Assembly (NCBI GenBank): GCA_963762145.1
Contig: CAVXJS010000015.1
Span: 320,001 to 384,000, forward strand
Direction: 5' to 3'
DNA: 64,000 nucleotides
DNA from: an uncultured Candidatus Rokubacteria bacterium
GTDB taxonomy: Bacteria > Methylomirabilota > Methylomirabilia > Rokubacteriales > CSP1-6
In this document: piece after piece, positions 30,457-42,766 of the stretch
How positions within the stretch are numbered: position 1 is the first letter of the stretch
Layout: each line of letters opens with the position of its first letter
The notes under the pieces: model-generated
Databases searched by the model: none
What the model saw: the letters and a program-made list of their open reading frames with translations, nothing else
What the model was told of the DNA's origin: nothing
Made by a program: the position numbers and the translations under genes

Positions 30457-32605
30457 CGAGCGGCCTCCCCGGCGGGCGGGGCCGACAGGGCGGCCCGAAG
30501 GTCGTCGGCCGAGTCGCCGGTCGCCAGCGCCTGCTTGGAGAGGATCCGGAGCGCGTGGGGAGCCAGCCGCCGCCGGTCCTCATCGCTGAGGGTCTTCGAG
30601 GTCAGGACCACCACCGGGATGTCCATCGTGGCCGGATCCTCCTTCAGCCGCTCTAGCACGTCGAATCCGGACATCTCGGGCATCACGAGGTCGAGCACGA
30701 TGGCGTCGGGACGCTCCGCCCGGGCGTCGCGCAGGCCTTCCACCGGGCCGGCCGCTTCCCGGACGTCGAAGGTGGTTCCGGCCAGATGGGTCCGGACGAG
30801 ATAGCGGGAGATCTCGTCGTCGTCGATCACGAGGACGCGGCGGCCGCCGGGCTCCCGGTCGAGCAGACGGTTCAGGGTGCCGAGCAGCCAGGCCGGGTGT
30901 ACCGGCTTGATCGCGTAGGCGCTGGCTCCCAGGGTCAGGCCCTTGGCGTGATCGTCGATGCTGGACACCACCACGATCGGCATGGTGCGGGTGTCGTCGC
31001 GGCGCCGCACCTCGCTGATGAACGCCCAGGCGTCCTCGCCCTGGAGACGGATGTCGAGCACCATCGCGACCGGACGCAGATGGTCGATCAGGCGCCGAGC
31101 GTCCGGGAGGGTGCGGGCCGCCACCGCCTGGAAGGACGAGCCGCGGAAGTAGTGCTCGTAGAGCAGGAGATCCTGGGCGCTGTCTTCCACGACCAGCACC
31201 GGCACGCGTCCCGCTTCGATCGGCTCGACGGGCCGGATGGTGCCGGCCTCGGCCTCGACCGCGTAGCACGCCGGGATCCGTGGCGGTGAACGTGGATCCG
31301 ACCCCCACGGCGCTCTCGAGGGTGATGCGGCCGCCGAGCAGCGCGGCCAGCCGCCGGACCAGCGGCAGGCCGAGCCCGGTTCCCCTCACGCGGCGCTGGA
31401 CCGGGTTCTCGATCTGGCGCGAACTCCTCGAAGATGCGCTGCTGGTCCTCGGCCGCGATGCCGATGCCGGTGTCGGCCACCGAGAAGTCGACCATGCCGT
31501 CTTGCAACCGTCCGCGCGCTCACCCGGATCTCGCCGCGCTCGGTGAACTTGAGCGCGTTGGAGAGCAGGTTGCGCAGGATCTGCGAGACCTTCCCCTCGT
31601 CGGTGTGCAAGAGCGGGCAGGCCGTCCGGCTCCTCGAAGACGAGGGTGACCGACTCGTTCAGGAGCAGGGGCCGCAGCATGCCGCGCAGCGCGGCGAAGA
31701 GGTCCCGGACGTCGAACTCGGCGGGACGGATCACGATCTTGCCCGCCTCGACCTTGGCGAGGTCGAGCAGGTCGTTCACCAGCTCGGTGAGATCCTCGGC
31801 GGCCTGGCGGATGTAGCCGACCTGGCGCCGCTGCTCGGCGGTGAGCGGGCGCTCCGCGTCCTCGAGGAGCAAGCGCGAGAGGGCCAGCATCGAGTTGAGC
31901 GGCGTCCGGAACTCGTGGCTCATGTTCGAGAGGAACCGCGACTTCATCTCGTCGGCGCGCCGGAGGGTGTCCGCCTTCTCGTCCAGCTCCGCGTAGAGGG
32001 CGAGCACGCCCCGGTTGGTGTCGTGCAGCTCGGCGTTCAGGCGGGAGAGATCCTGCCTGGCGCTGCCCGAGCTCGTCGAGCGTGCGCAGCAGCTCCTGGT
32101 TCTGCTGCCGGATCTCCTCCAGCGGACTCTGGGGCGCTTCGCCCGCGAGCGCGGTCGCGAGGCGCCGCGAGCCCGGCGGCGGCGATCTCGGGCGCTCGGC
32201 GCGGGAACAGCTTGCCGAGCGTGACGGTGGCCCCCGCCCCGGGCCGACTCTCCACGTCGAAGTGATCGACCAGGCGGCGGCGCCCCGAGCATGCCGATGC
32301 CCATGCCGGTCGAGGAGCGGTACCGGCCCGCGAGGACGGCGTCGAGATCCCGCGATGCCGGGGCCGCGGTCGCTCACGCGCATCACCAGGAGCTGGGGCG
32401 CGCGTGGGCCCTCGACCGTGAACTCGACCTTGCCTCCGCCCGCGTACATGAACGCGTTGCGCGCGATCTCGGAGATCGCGGTCGCGATCCGCGTCTGGTC
32501 CTGGCCCTCGAAGCCGAGGCGGGCGGCGATCTCCCGGGCCCGCTGGCGAACCGCGACCACGTCCTGCTCGTGACGAACGAAGAGCGAGGTGAGGAGCACG
32601 CTCAT
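30453..32605 (-). CDS. Hybrid kinase: RsbT-like HATPase + HisKA-HATPase + two REC domains (several indels)
   Basis: QTRIATAISEIARNA, TNRGVLALYAELDEKA, MSHEFRTPLN, NLLSNALKF, GTGLGL, VLDIRL and VLDLVMP receivers. Confidence 0.88.
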
Positions 32606-33633
32606 GGCCGGATCACGAGGGGGGCGCCGGACCGCCACGACCGTGACGTCGTCGCGGCCCCGGCTCCAGTCCCGGTAGAGGATGCCCGCGACCACGGAGG
32701 GATGGCGGCTGGGCAGGCCCGGGATAGCTCCCGATCTGCCAGCGGCTGCCGAGGCCGTCGGAATGCATGACGAGGAGCGCGTCGTCGGACCAGGGATACG
32801 CGAACTCGTTGATGCGGCCGGCGCTATGCCCGGCGGTGCCGTTGCCGGAGACGAGGTGCCGGGTGACGCGCGCCCGCGACGATCGCCCCCGCGATGTTGC
32901 CGATGCCCGCGAGTAGGCGAGCTGGCCCCGGGCGGGGTCGATGCGCGCCACCGCCACCGCGGCGCCCCGGGTCCCGCGGAGCGCGTCGTGGATCGCCGCG
33001 ACCTGGGCGGCGGGCGAGAGGTCCGGGGCCGACTCGAAGGCGGCCACCGCCAGCCGCGCGGCGTCCGCGGCGCCGAGCCCGTGCCCGAGCCCGTCGACGA
33101 CGACCACAGGCGGACACGCGCGGGCAGCGGCCACCGCGAAGGCGTCCCCGCAGACCTCCTCGCCCGCCTTCGGCACGGTCACGCCCCCGACCTGCACCGA
33201 CGGCACACGCGCGTCGTGCCGACCGGACGCGTCGACCCGCGCCATGATCGCGGTGCCGCCCGGGCCGTGTCGAGTACACGTCCACGAGCGAGGCGAGGCG
33301 CTCGCACCGCGCCCAGGCCGGTGCCCGGGCTGCCCGCGGTCGAGTACCCGTCGCGGAAGCACTCGGCGATGCTCGCCATCCCCGCGCCCCTGTCCAGCGC
33401 GAGCAGCTCGATCGCGGCGGGCAGCTCGAGCACGCGAACGAGCAGCTCCCCGCCGCCCGCGTGCTTGATCAGGTTGCCTCCGAGCTCGTTGACCACGAGC
33501 GCCAGCTTGCCCTGCTGGCCCGCGTCGAGCCCCACCCGCCCGGCGAGCTCCAGGATCGGCGACGCGCCTCGCCCACCTGGCTCGATCGGTGATCACGAAC
33601 GGGCTCGACGTGCGGCGCCGCGATCATATCCAT
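32602..33633 (-). CDS. Anti-sigma HATPase + SpoIIE/PP2C phosphatase (RsbX-like), several indels
   Basis: ALVVNELGGNLIKHAGGG, DGYSTAGSPGTGLGA, GEEVCGD, VDGLGHG, LVMHSDGL, RGRDDVTVV. Confidence 0.85.
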
Positions 33634-34031
33634 CTCGTGATGGACACGCGTGTGCCCTGGCCCGGCGCGGAGACGATGTCGAACTCGCTCGACAGCCGCC
33701 TGGCCCCGCCCAGACCCAGGCCGAGGCCGGAGCCGGTGGTGTGGCCGTCGCGCAGCGCCTGCGGCACGTCCGGCGATGCCGGGCCCCTTGTCCTCGAAGG
33801 TGAGACGCAGCCCCCGGCGTGAGCCCTCCAGCAGCTCCTCGATCCGGGTGGAGCCGCCGCCCCCGTGGATCAACGTGTTGCGCGCCAGCTCGCTCGCCGC
33901 GGTCACGATCTTGGTCTGGTCGACCAGGCTGAACGTCGAGGGCTCACCGCCCACCGGCGCGTGACCTGCCGCACGCGCACGACGTCCTCGTCGGAGTGGA
34001 CGTCCAGCGTCTCGTCACGGACCGTGGGCAT
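33624..34031 (-). CDS. rsbT: Stressosome Ser/Thr kinase RsbT (indels)
   Basis: [61 protein letters not shown]. Confidence 0.9.
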
Positions 34032-34423
34032 CGCGCTCCTCGCCCCGACCGAGGCGCCGGCGGATCAGCGTCCATGCCCTTCTCCGCGTTCAACGCGGTG
34101 CGGACCCCGTCGAGGCTCAGCCCCAGCTCGACCAGGGTGATGGCGACCGCGGGACGCATGCCCACCACCACGGTCTCCGCGTCCAGGATCCGCGCCATGT
34201 TCGCGATGTTGCCGAGCGCGCGACCGATGAACGAGTCGACGATCTCGAGGGCCGAGATGTCGATCAGCACGCCGCGGGCCCGGTGCCGGACGATCTACTG
34301 GGTCAGCTCGTCCTGCAGCGTCATCACCAGGCGGTCGTGCATCTCCACCTGGATGGTGACGAGCAGGAACTCCCCCATCTTCAGGATGGGGATGCGCTCG
34401 TCGGGCGGCTTGCCGTCAACCAC
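34015..34423 (-). CDS. rsbS: Stressosome STAS protein RsbS (indels)
   Basis: [53 protein letters not shown]. Confidence 0.92.
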
Positions 34424-35277
34424 GGGGCGCGGTTCTCGTCACGCTGGCGCCCACCCGCCCCATCGCGAGCACGAGCGCGTCGGCGAGGGTGGCCTTGGTG
34501 GCGACGTTGCCGAGGTCGACGCCCAGATGGACGATGGTCTGGGCGATCTGCGGCCGGATGCCGCTGATGATGCACTCCGCGCCCATGAGCCGCGCCGCGC
34601 CGACCGTCTTGAGCAGGTGCTGGGCCACGAGGGTGTCCACGGTGGGCACACCGGTGATGTCGATGATCGCGATCGAGGCGCCGGTGTCGACGATGCGCTC
34701 GCAGGAGATTCTCCATCACCACCTGCGTCCGGTCGCTGTCGAGCGTCCCGATCAGGGGCACCGCGAGGATCCCCTCCCACAGGGAGACCACCGGAGTCGA
34801 CAGCTCGAGCATCTCGTGCTGCTGGCGTACGATGAGCTCCTCGCGACTCTTCATGAAGAACTCGGTGGTCAAGAGCCCGAGCCGGTCGAGCATGAGCGTG
34901 ACGGTCCACAGCTCGCGGGCGAGCCCCTCGGCGTCGCCGCGATATGCCTCCTGCAGGCGAGAGAATAGCGGCTGCTTGAGCGAGAAGACGAACGTGGCGG
35001 TCTCGCTCGGCGTGAAGCCCTGCCGGGCGCGCGAAGCGGAAAGGCCGCGCAGCAGGTCCCGGACCTTCGCCCACGCCGGTCCGTCGATCCCCGCGTTTCC
35101 GTCGGCCTGCACCGCGTCGGCGAGGAGCCGCACGAGGGAGCGCGCCTGCGTTTCCACCTCGCCTCGGTCCATGGCGCCCGCGGTACCGCCCTTCGTGACG
35201 AGGTCGATCCAATCCGCCAGGATCTTCGGCTCGTGCTCACGCACGATCGCCGCGAGCTTGCTTCTGTGATCAGCCAT
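34416..35277 (-). CDS. rsbR: Stressosome sensor RsbR (RsbRD_N-type N-domain + STAS), indel ~34700
   Basis: SRARQGFTPSETATFVFSLKQP, ELSTPVV, PLIGTLDSDRTQ, VDTLVAQHLLKT, ISGIRPQIAQT. Confidence 0.93.
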
Positions 35278-35326
35278 GTTGCGCGCTCCTGTTCGACGAA
35301 AGGATGGGGAACGTCTCGCCAGGATA

Positions 35327-35355
35327 TTAAACGCGTCACGTACCGGGCTTTCAAG
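35327..35355 (-). promoter_or_regulatory. sigma70-type promoter of the rsb operon
   Basis: Minus strand TTGAAA-N17-TTTAAT; SD AGGAG before ATG. Confidence 0.5.
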
Positions 35356-35467
35356 TAGCGCGTGGTTCGCGCCGGCCGTTCTGCGAGGTCCGAGCAGAGA
35401 GGCCGGTAAAAAATTCCCCCGAGCGGCTGGTGGCCTGGCGGGCCGCGCGCCGGGCGCCGGCCCCCAT

Positions 35468-35494
35468 TGACAAGGCCCGTGTTTTGACGATAAT
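35468..35494 (+). promoter_or_regulatory. sigma70-type promoter of the peptide ABC operon
   Basis: TTGACA followed about 16 nt later by GATAAT. Confidence 0.5.
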
Positions 35495-35672
35495 CACCGC
35501 ACCCGCAGAGCCCGATTCGGGTTCAGTCCAACTTCACGAGCGCTCCGACCCTTCGTCTCATGGAGGAGACGGCGGTGATTCGACTCCAGCGCAGGTGTCC
35601 GGCAGGTCGCTCCGGCGGCGTTGCCCGCTGCGCTCTCGCTCTGTCCCCTCGTCCTTCCTGGAGATCGTCCCG

Positions 35673-37226
35673 ATGAGATCCGGCCGCGCGCTCGTCGCCC
35701 TGACCGCTGCACTCGTCCTGTCCGGCCTCGTCCCCGGGGCCCGGCCCGCCCTGGCCGCCGGGCCCGAGGGCCAGGTCACGTGGGCCGTTCACGTCTCCCT
35801 GGCCCCGACCTGGTTCGATCCGGCCGAGACCGCCGGCATCATCACGCCCTTCATGGTGCTGTACGCCCTGCACGACGCCCTCGTGAAGCCGATGCCCGGC
35901 AAGGCGATGGCGCCCTCGCTCGCCGAGTCGTGGACCCAGTCGAAGGACGGCCTCGTCTACGAGTTCGTGCTGCGCAAGAACGTCCGTTTCCACAACGGCG
36001 ACGTGATGACGGCCGAGGACGTGAAGTTCTCCTTCGAGCGCTACCGCGGGGCGAGCGCGGCCCTCCTCAAGGGCAAGGTCGCCAAGGTCGAGGCGGTCGA
36101 CCCCCACCGCGTCCGCTTCACCCTGAAGCAGGCGTGGCCCGACTTCCTGGCCTTCTACGCGACCCCGGCGACCGGCGCCGCCTGGATCGTGCCGCGGAAG
36201 TACGTCGAGCAGGTGGGCGACGAGGGCTTCAAGAAGGCCCCGGTGGGCGCGGGGCCGTACAAGTTCGTCTCGTTCAAGCCGGGGGTCGAGCTGACCCTGG
36301 AGGCCCACGAGCAGTACTGGCGGAAGGCCCCGATGGTGAAGACGCTCGTGTTCCGGCACATCCCGGACGAGTCGACCCGTCTGGCCGCCCTGAAGCGGGG
36401 CGAGGTGGACGTGGCCTACTCGATCACCGGGCCGCTCGCCGAGGAGGTGAAGCGCTCGCCCGGGCTCGCGCTCGTGCCGACCTACTTCACCTTCACCACC
36501 TGGCTGGTCTTCCCCGACCAGTGGGACGCGAAGTCCCCCTGGCAGGACCGGCGCGTCCGGCTGGCCGCGAACCTCGCGATCGACCGCGCGGGCATCAACA
36601 GCGCGGTCTACCTGGGCCTGTCCAAGGTCTCGCACTCCTTCATCCCTCAGGGCATGGAGTACTTCTGGACCCCTCCGCCCTACGCCTTCGACGCGAAGGC
36701 CGCCAAGCAGCTCCTGGTGGAGGCGGGCTACCCGAACGGCTTCGACGCGGGCGACCTCACCGGCGACACGATCTACGGCGTGGCCATCGGCGAGCCGGTC
36801 GCCAACTACCTGCAGCAGGTCGGGATCCGGGTTCGCCTCCGGCCCATGGAGCGGGTCGCCTTCTTCAAGGAGTACGGCGAGAAGAAGCTCCGCGGGGTGA
36901 TCTTCAGCGGCAGCGGCGCCCCCGGCAATGCCCCCACCCGCCTCGAGCAGTACGCGGTGACCGGGGGCCGCTACACCTACGGCTCCTATCCCGACGTGGA
37001 CGGCCTCTACACCGAGCAGGTCAACGAGATGAACCCGCGGGTGCGCCAGCAGATCCTCCACAAGATCCAGCAGCTCATCTACGAGAAGGTCATGTTCGGA
37101 CCGGTGATCGAGCCCGCCTTCCTCAACGGGGTGGGCCCGCGGCTCGAGGTCCACGGGCTGGGCCTCGTGGCCAATCACGCGTACTCGGCGCCGTACGAAG
37201 AGCTGCGCCTGAAGAAGAAGAGGTGA
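35673..37226 (+). CDS. ABC transporter substrate-binding protein, family 5 (Opp/Dpp)
   Basis: Signal peptide, PSLAESW, LRKNVRFHNG..TAEDVKFS, PVGAGPYKF, DRRVRLAANLAIDR. Confidence 0.95.
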   Translation: MRSGRALVALTAALVLSGLVPGARPALAAGPEGQVTWAVHVSLAPTWFDPAETAGIITPFMVLYALHDALVKPMPGKAMAPSLAESWTQSKDGLVYEFVLRKNVRFHNGDVMTAEDVKFSFERYRGASAALLKGKVAKVEAVDPHRVRFTLKQAWPDFLAFYATPATGAAWIVPRKYVEQVGDEGFKKAPVGAGPYKFVSFKPGVELTLEAHEQYWRKAPMVKTLVFRHIPDESTRLAALKRGEVDVAYSITGPLAEEVKRSPGLALVPTYFTFTTWLVFPDQWDAKSPWQDRRVRLAANLAIDRAGINSAVYLGLSKVSHSFIPQGMEYFWTPPPYAFDAKAAKQLLVEAGYPNGFDAGDLTGDTIYGVAIGEPVANYLQQVGIRVRLRPMERVAFFKEYGEKKLRGVIFSGSGAPGNAPTRLEQYAVTGGRYTYGSYPDVDGLYTEQVNEMNPRVRQQILHKIQQLIYEKVMFGPVIEPAFLNGVGPRLEVHGLGLVANHAYSAPYEELRLKKKR

Positions 37227-37227
37227 G

Positions 37228-38148
37228 ATGAAGCGCTACATCGCCAAGCGGGTCGGTTTCGCCGCGATCTCGCTCGTGCTCCTGTCGCTCACGATCTTCC
37301 TGCTCGTGCGGCTGACCGGCGATCCGACCGTGCTCCTGGTCGAGCCGGGAGCCAGCCAGGCCGACATGGAGGCGATCCGCAAGCAGTTCGGCCTCGACCG
37401 CCCGATCTGGGTGCAGTACGGCCACTTCGTCTCGAGCCTGGTGCGCGGCGATCTCGGCCATTCCTTCTACTACCGCACCCCGGTCCTCGAGCTCTATCTC
37501 TCCCGGCTGCCCAGCTCGCTCCTGCTCGCGAGCGCGGCCATGGCCTTCTCGCTCGTGATCGGCATCCCCACCGGGATCATCGCGGCGGTGCGCGTCAACC
37601 AGTGGTGGGACAGCGCGGGCAAGGTGTTCGCCCTCCTCGGGCTATCGCTGCCGTCGTTCTGGGTGGGCCTCCTCCTGATCCTCTTCTTCTCGGTCTACCT
37701 GGGGTGGCTCCCTTCGTCCGGGTCCGGCACGACGGCCCACCTGCTGATGCCCGCCTTCGCGCTCGGGTGGTACTTCGCGGCCGCCCACATGCGGCTCACC
37801 CGGTCCTCCATGCTGGACGTGCTGGGCTCCGAGTACGTGAAGCTGGCGCGGCTCAAGGGGCTTCCGGAAGCGCTCGTGATCGGCAAGCACGCGTTCAAGA
37901 ACGCCCTCATCCCGGTGCTCACCCTGGCCGGCATCAACCTGGTGATCATGGTCAACGTCGCGGTGGTGGTGGAGACGGTCTTCGCGTGGCCCGGCATCGG
38001 GCGGCTGCTCTACGAGGGCATCGCCTTCCGGGACTTCCCGGTCGTGCAGGCGACGGTCATCCTGAACGGGGCCATGGTGGTGGTGGTGAGCCTCCTCGTC
38101 GACATCCTCTACGCGGTGATCGACCCGCGCATCCGGCTCGCGCGATGA
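37228..38148 (+). CDS. Peptide ABC permease (OppB/DppB)
   Basis: FGLDRP, GDLGHS, RLTRSSML..EYVKLARLKG, ETVFAWPGIG, IDPRIR. Confidence 0.95.
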   Translation: MKRYIAKRVGFAAISLVLLSLTIFLLVRLTGDPTVLLVEPGASQADMEAIRKQFGLDRPIWVQYGHFVSSLVRGDLGHSFYYRTPVLELYLSRLPSSLLLASAAMAFSLVIGIPTGIIAAVRVNQWWDSAGKVFALLGLSLPSFWVGLLLILFFSVYLGWLPSSGSGTTAHLLMPAFALGWYFAAAHMRLTRSSMLDVLGSEYVKLARLKGLPEALVIGKHAFKNALIPVLTLAGINLVIMVNVAVVVETVFAWPGIGRLLYEGIAFRDFPVVQATVILNGAMVVVVSLLVDILYAVIDPRIRLAR

Positions 38149-39025
38149 ACGGCAGCCGCGCCGCCACGCTCCCCGTTGCCGGGCGCCTCGCCGCGTTCCG
38201 GAGCGACGGCTTCCCGGTGATTCCGCTGTCCATCCTGGGCCTGTTGCTCTTCGTGGCCATCTTCGCCAACGTGCTCGCCCCGCACGATCCCGAGGTCGGC
38301 AGCCTCGGGGAGCGCTTCCGCCCTCCGTTCTGGCAGCAGGGCGGGAGCGAGAAGTTCCTGCTCGGCAGCGACCACCTGGGGCGCGACGTGCTCTCCCGGC
38401 TGATCTTCGGGGCCCGCGTCTCCATCGTGGTGGGGTTCACCGCGGTGCTGGTGGCCGGCGTCCTGGGCACCGGCCTCGGCATCCTGTCCGGCTACCTGGG
38501 CGGCTGGGTGGATCAGGTCATCATGCGGATCACCGACACCTGGCTCGCCCTGCCCGCGCTGACCTTCGCGATCTTCCTGGCCGCGGTGGTGGGGCCCAGC
38601 GAGATGAACATCGTGATCATCCTGGGCGCGGTGTACTGGACCCGCTACGCGCGGGTGATCCGCGGCGAGGTGCTCTCGCTCAAGGAGCGCGACTTCGTCC
38701 GCCTCGCCATCGTGGCGGGCTGCTCCAAGCGCACCATCATGAAGCGGCACATCCTGCCCAACGTGCTGAACTCCGCGATCGTGCTGGGCACGCTCATGCT
38801 CGGCGTGGTGGTGGTGACCGAGGCGGCCCTGTCCTTCCTCGGCGTCGGGGTGCCGCCCCCCAAGCCGGCGTGGGGGCTCATGCTCGCCGACGGCAAGAAG
38901 GGCATGATGGCGGGCTACTGGTGGCTCACCGTGCTGCCCGGCTGCTGCATCATGTTCATGGTGCTCTCCGCCAACCTCCTGGGTGACTGGCTCCGCGTGA
39001 AGCTCGACCCCCAGCTCCGTCAGCT

Positions 39026-39029
<4 letters not shown>
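38145..39029 (+). CDS. Peptide ABC permease (OppC/DppC)
   Basis: LGSDHLGRDVLSRLIFGAR, YARVIRGE, HILPN, EAALSFLG, NLLGDWLR. Confidence 0.95.
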
Positions 39030-40026
<997 letters not shown>

Positions 40027-40030
<4 letters not shown>

Positions 40031-41007
40031 GCGTCCAGACGCCCATCCTCGAGGCGCGCAATCTCACCAAGCACTTCCCGGTGAAGCGCGGCGTGTTCGC
40101 CAAGACCCTGGGGGTGGTGCGGGCGGTCGATGGCGTCAACTTCTCGGTCCTCCCGGGCAAGACCCTCGGCCTGGTCGGGGAATCGGGCTGTGGCAAGACC
40201 ACGACCGCCAAGCTGGTGCTGAAGCTGGAGGACCCCACCGGCGGCGCCCTGCGCTTCGAGGGGCGCGAGATCGGCGGCCTCGGGGGCAACGACGTCAAGC
40301 AGTACCGGCGCGCGGTGCAGGCGGTGTTTCAGGACCCGTTCGCGTCGCTCAATCCGCGCATGCGGGTGGACGCCATCATCGCCGAGCCCCTGATCACCCA
40401 CGAGCGGCTGCCCGCCGCCGAGGTGGCCAAGCGAGTGCGGAACGTGATCGACCTGGTGGGGCTGCCGGAGCGGTCGGCGAACCTGTTCCCCCACGAGTTC
40501 TCCGGCGGCCAGCGTCAGCGCATCGCGATCGCGCGATCCCTGACGCTCTCGCCCAAGCTGGTCGTGCTCGACGAGCCGGTCTCCGCGCTCGACGTATCCA
40601 TCCGGGCCCAGATCCTGAACCTGCTGCGCGACCTGCAGGCCCGGCTCGGGCTGTCCTATCTCTTCATCGCCCACGACCTGGCCGCGGTGGCGCACATGAG
40701 CCACACCATCGCGGTGATGTACCTCGGGCAGATCGTGGAGATCGGAGACGCGGCGACCGTCGCGACCCGGCCGCGGCATCCCTACACCCAGGCCCTGTTC
40801 GCGGCGGCCCTACCCTCGCATCCCTCCGAGCAGCGCGACGAGCTGGTGCTGGCCGGTGAGGTGCCGAGCCCGCTCAACCCGCCCGCCGCCTGCCGGTTCC
40901 ATCCGCGCTGCCCGCACGTGATGCCCCGCTGCTCGAGCGAGGAGCCGGCGCTGGGCGAGCACGATGGGCGGCGGGTGGCCTGTCACCTCTATACCGCGCC
41001 GGCATAG
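40027..41007 (+). CDS. Peptide ABC ATPase (OppF/DppF)
   Basis: [38 protein letters not shown]. Confidence 0.95.
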
Positions 41008-41303
41008 CTCTCCGGCAGGCCGCGCTCGCGGGCTTCCGCGAGCACGCGCGCGTTGACCTCCGCGACGTCGGTCGCGGCGACCACCCGCGCGAAGCCGGAC
41101 ACGTCGCCGGGCGCGTACTCCCGCGGCCACCAGGAGAGGCGGCCCTCGCGCGCCACCTCGAGGAGCGCGGGCGCGAGCCAGGGACTGACCACCGTGACGC
41201 GGGTGCCGGCCTCCAGCAGCGACGCGACGGCCCGAACGGCGACGATTCCACCGCCGACCACCAAGCAGGACTGGACGCGCTCGCTCACGTGGCTGGGCTC
41301 CAT
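40989..41303 (-). CDS. Stand-alone N-terminal NAD-binding domain of siroheme synthase/precorrin-2 dehydrogenase (short)
   Basis: [40 protein letters not shown]; stops before the catalytic NVVD region. Confidence 0.65.
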   Translation of the reverse strand: MEPSHVSERVQSCLVVGGGIVAVRAVASLLEAGTRVTVVSPWLAPALLEVAREGRLSWWPREYAPGDVSGFARVVAATDVAEVNARVLAEARERGLPESYAGAV

Positions 41304-41458
41304 CGGCGAGAGCAACCGCCGTGCCACGGGCGAGCCCGCGCGGAACCGCGACAAATCGGGCCCGGCGCCGCGCGCGGCCGCGGCGCGGTGATCACCCGGC
41401 AGGCAGTCGCTGCCGCGAATTCGGTCACGGAGCGGGCAGAGGCTACAATGGTCGGAGC

Positions 41459-42113
41459 ATGGATCTCCTGTGGCTGCTCGTCGACATCGTGCTCCATCTG
41501 GACCGGCATCTCAGCGAGATCATCCAGCAGTACGGGGTCTGGACCTACCTGATCCTGTTCCTGATCGTCTTCTGCGAGACGGGTCTGGTGGTGACGCCCT
41601 TCCTGCCCGGCGACTCGCTCCTCTTCGCGGTCGGCACCTTCGCGGCCCTCGGGGCGCCTCGACCTGGGGCTGGTCATCGTTCTGCTGAGCGTCGCCGCGA
41701 TCCTGGGGGACAGCGTCAACTACGCGATCGGGGCGAGGCTCGGCCCGCGCGTGTTCCGGCAGGAGGGGGTGCGGTTCCTGAACCGCCGGCACCTCGACCG
41801 CACCCACGAGTTCTACGAGCGCTACGGGGCCAAGACCATCGTCATCGCGCGGTTCGTGCCGATCGTGCGCACGTTCGCCCCCTTCGTGGCCGGCATCGGG
41901 CGGATGCAGTACGGGCACTTCCTGTTCTACAACGTGGCGGGGGCGCTCGTGTGGATCCTCAGCCTCGTGCTGGGCGGCTACCTCTTCGGGAACATCCCGG
42001 TGGTCCGGCGCAACTTCTCGCTCGTGATCTTCGCGATCATCATCCTGTCCATCCTGCCCGCGATCATCGAGGTGTGGCGCCAGCGGGGCCGCGCCGGAAC
42101 CGCAGCCCGGTGA
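41459..42113 (+). CDS. dedA: DedA family membrane protein (indel ~41655)
   Basis: [46 protein letters not shown]. Confidence 0.93.
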
Positions 42114-42651
42114 CGCCCTCCTCCGTCTTCCGGTCCTCGACCTGGGCCCGGGTGGCGAGCAGGCGCAGCATCCGGTAGTTGTCGGCCTGCACGTAGGCGC
42201 GGAAGCGCCGGATCCCCCGCGCCTCGGCCGCCTCCAGCACCGCGTCGAGCAGGATGCCTCCCAGGCCGCGCCCCTGCCAGCCGTCCTCCACGACGAACGC
42301 CACCTCGACGGTCTCCGGCTCCTCCGCGGGCTCGTAGCGGCCGACGCCGAGGAGCTGGACCCCCGCGACCGTCTCGCGCTCGGCCACCAGGGCCATGCGG
42401 CGCACGTAGTCCACGTTGGCGAAGAAGTGGTACCAGTCGGGCGGCAGCCGCCGCAGCACCGTGAAGAACCGCCGGTAGGCGCTATGCTGGCTCAGGCGTT
42501 CGTAGAGGTCCACGAGCCGCGGCTCGTCGTCGGGTCGGATCGGACGGATCCGCACGGAGAACCCGTCCCGGAGCGTGACCGTCCGCACCAGCTCGCGCGG
42601 GTACGCTGCCGCCTCCGGCACCACCTCGCCCATCGGAGCCTCCATCTCCAC
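42064..42651 (-). CDS. GNAT N-acetyltransferase (Pat/ACS-associated type)
   Basis: [41 protein letters not shown]. Confidence 0.9.
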   Translation of the reverse strand: MEMEAPMGEVVPEAAAYPRELVRTVTLRDGFSVRIRPIRPDDEPRLVDLYERLSQHSAYRRFFTVLRRLPPDWYHFFANVDYVRRMALVAERETVAGVQLLGVGRYEPAEEPETVEVAFVVEDGWQGRGLGGILLDAVLEAAEARGIRRFRAYVQADNYRMLRLLATRAQVEDRKTEEGVTGLRFRRGPAGATPR

Positions 42652-42766
42652 GATCGCCTCGCCATTGAGCTGGAGATTGGCGCGAGAAGGATGCGACCCG
42701 CGGGGCGGACGCCGGCAAGTCGGACCAGGAGGCGGCCCCCTGGCGGCTACGGGCGGTTTCTTGCGG

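Noticed and set aside
31520-32695. Apparent in-frame fusion of the RsbX-like phosphatase and the downstream kinase
   Set aside because: Depends on a 6-G homopolymer at ~32619; one base fewer gives a normal ATGA stop/start overlap
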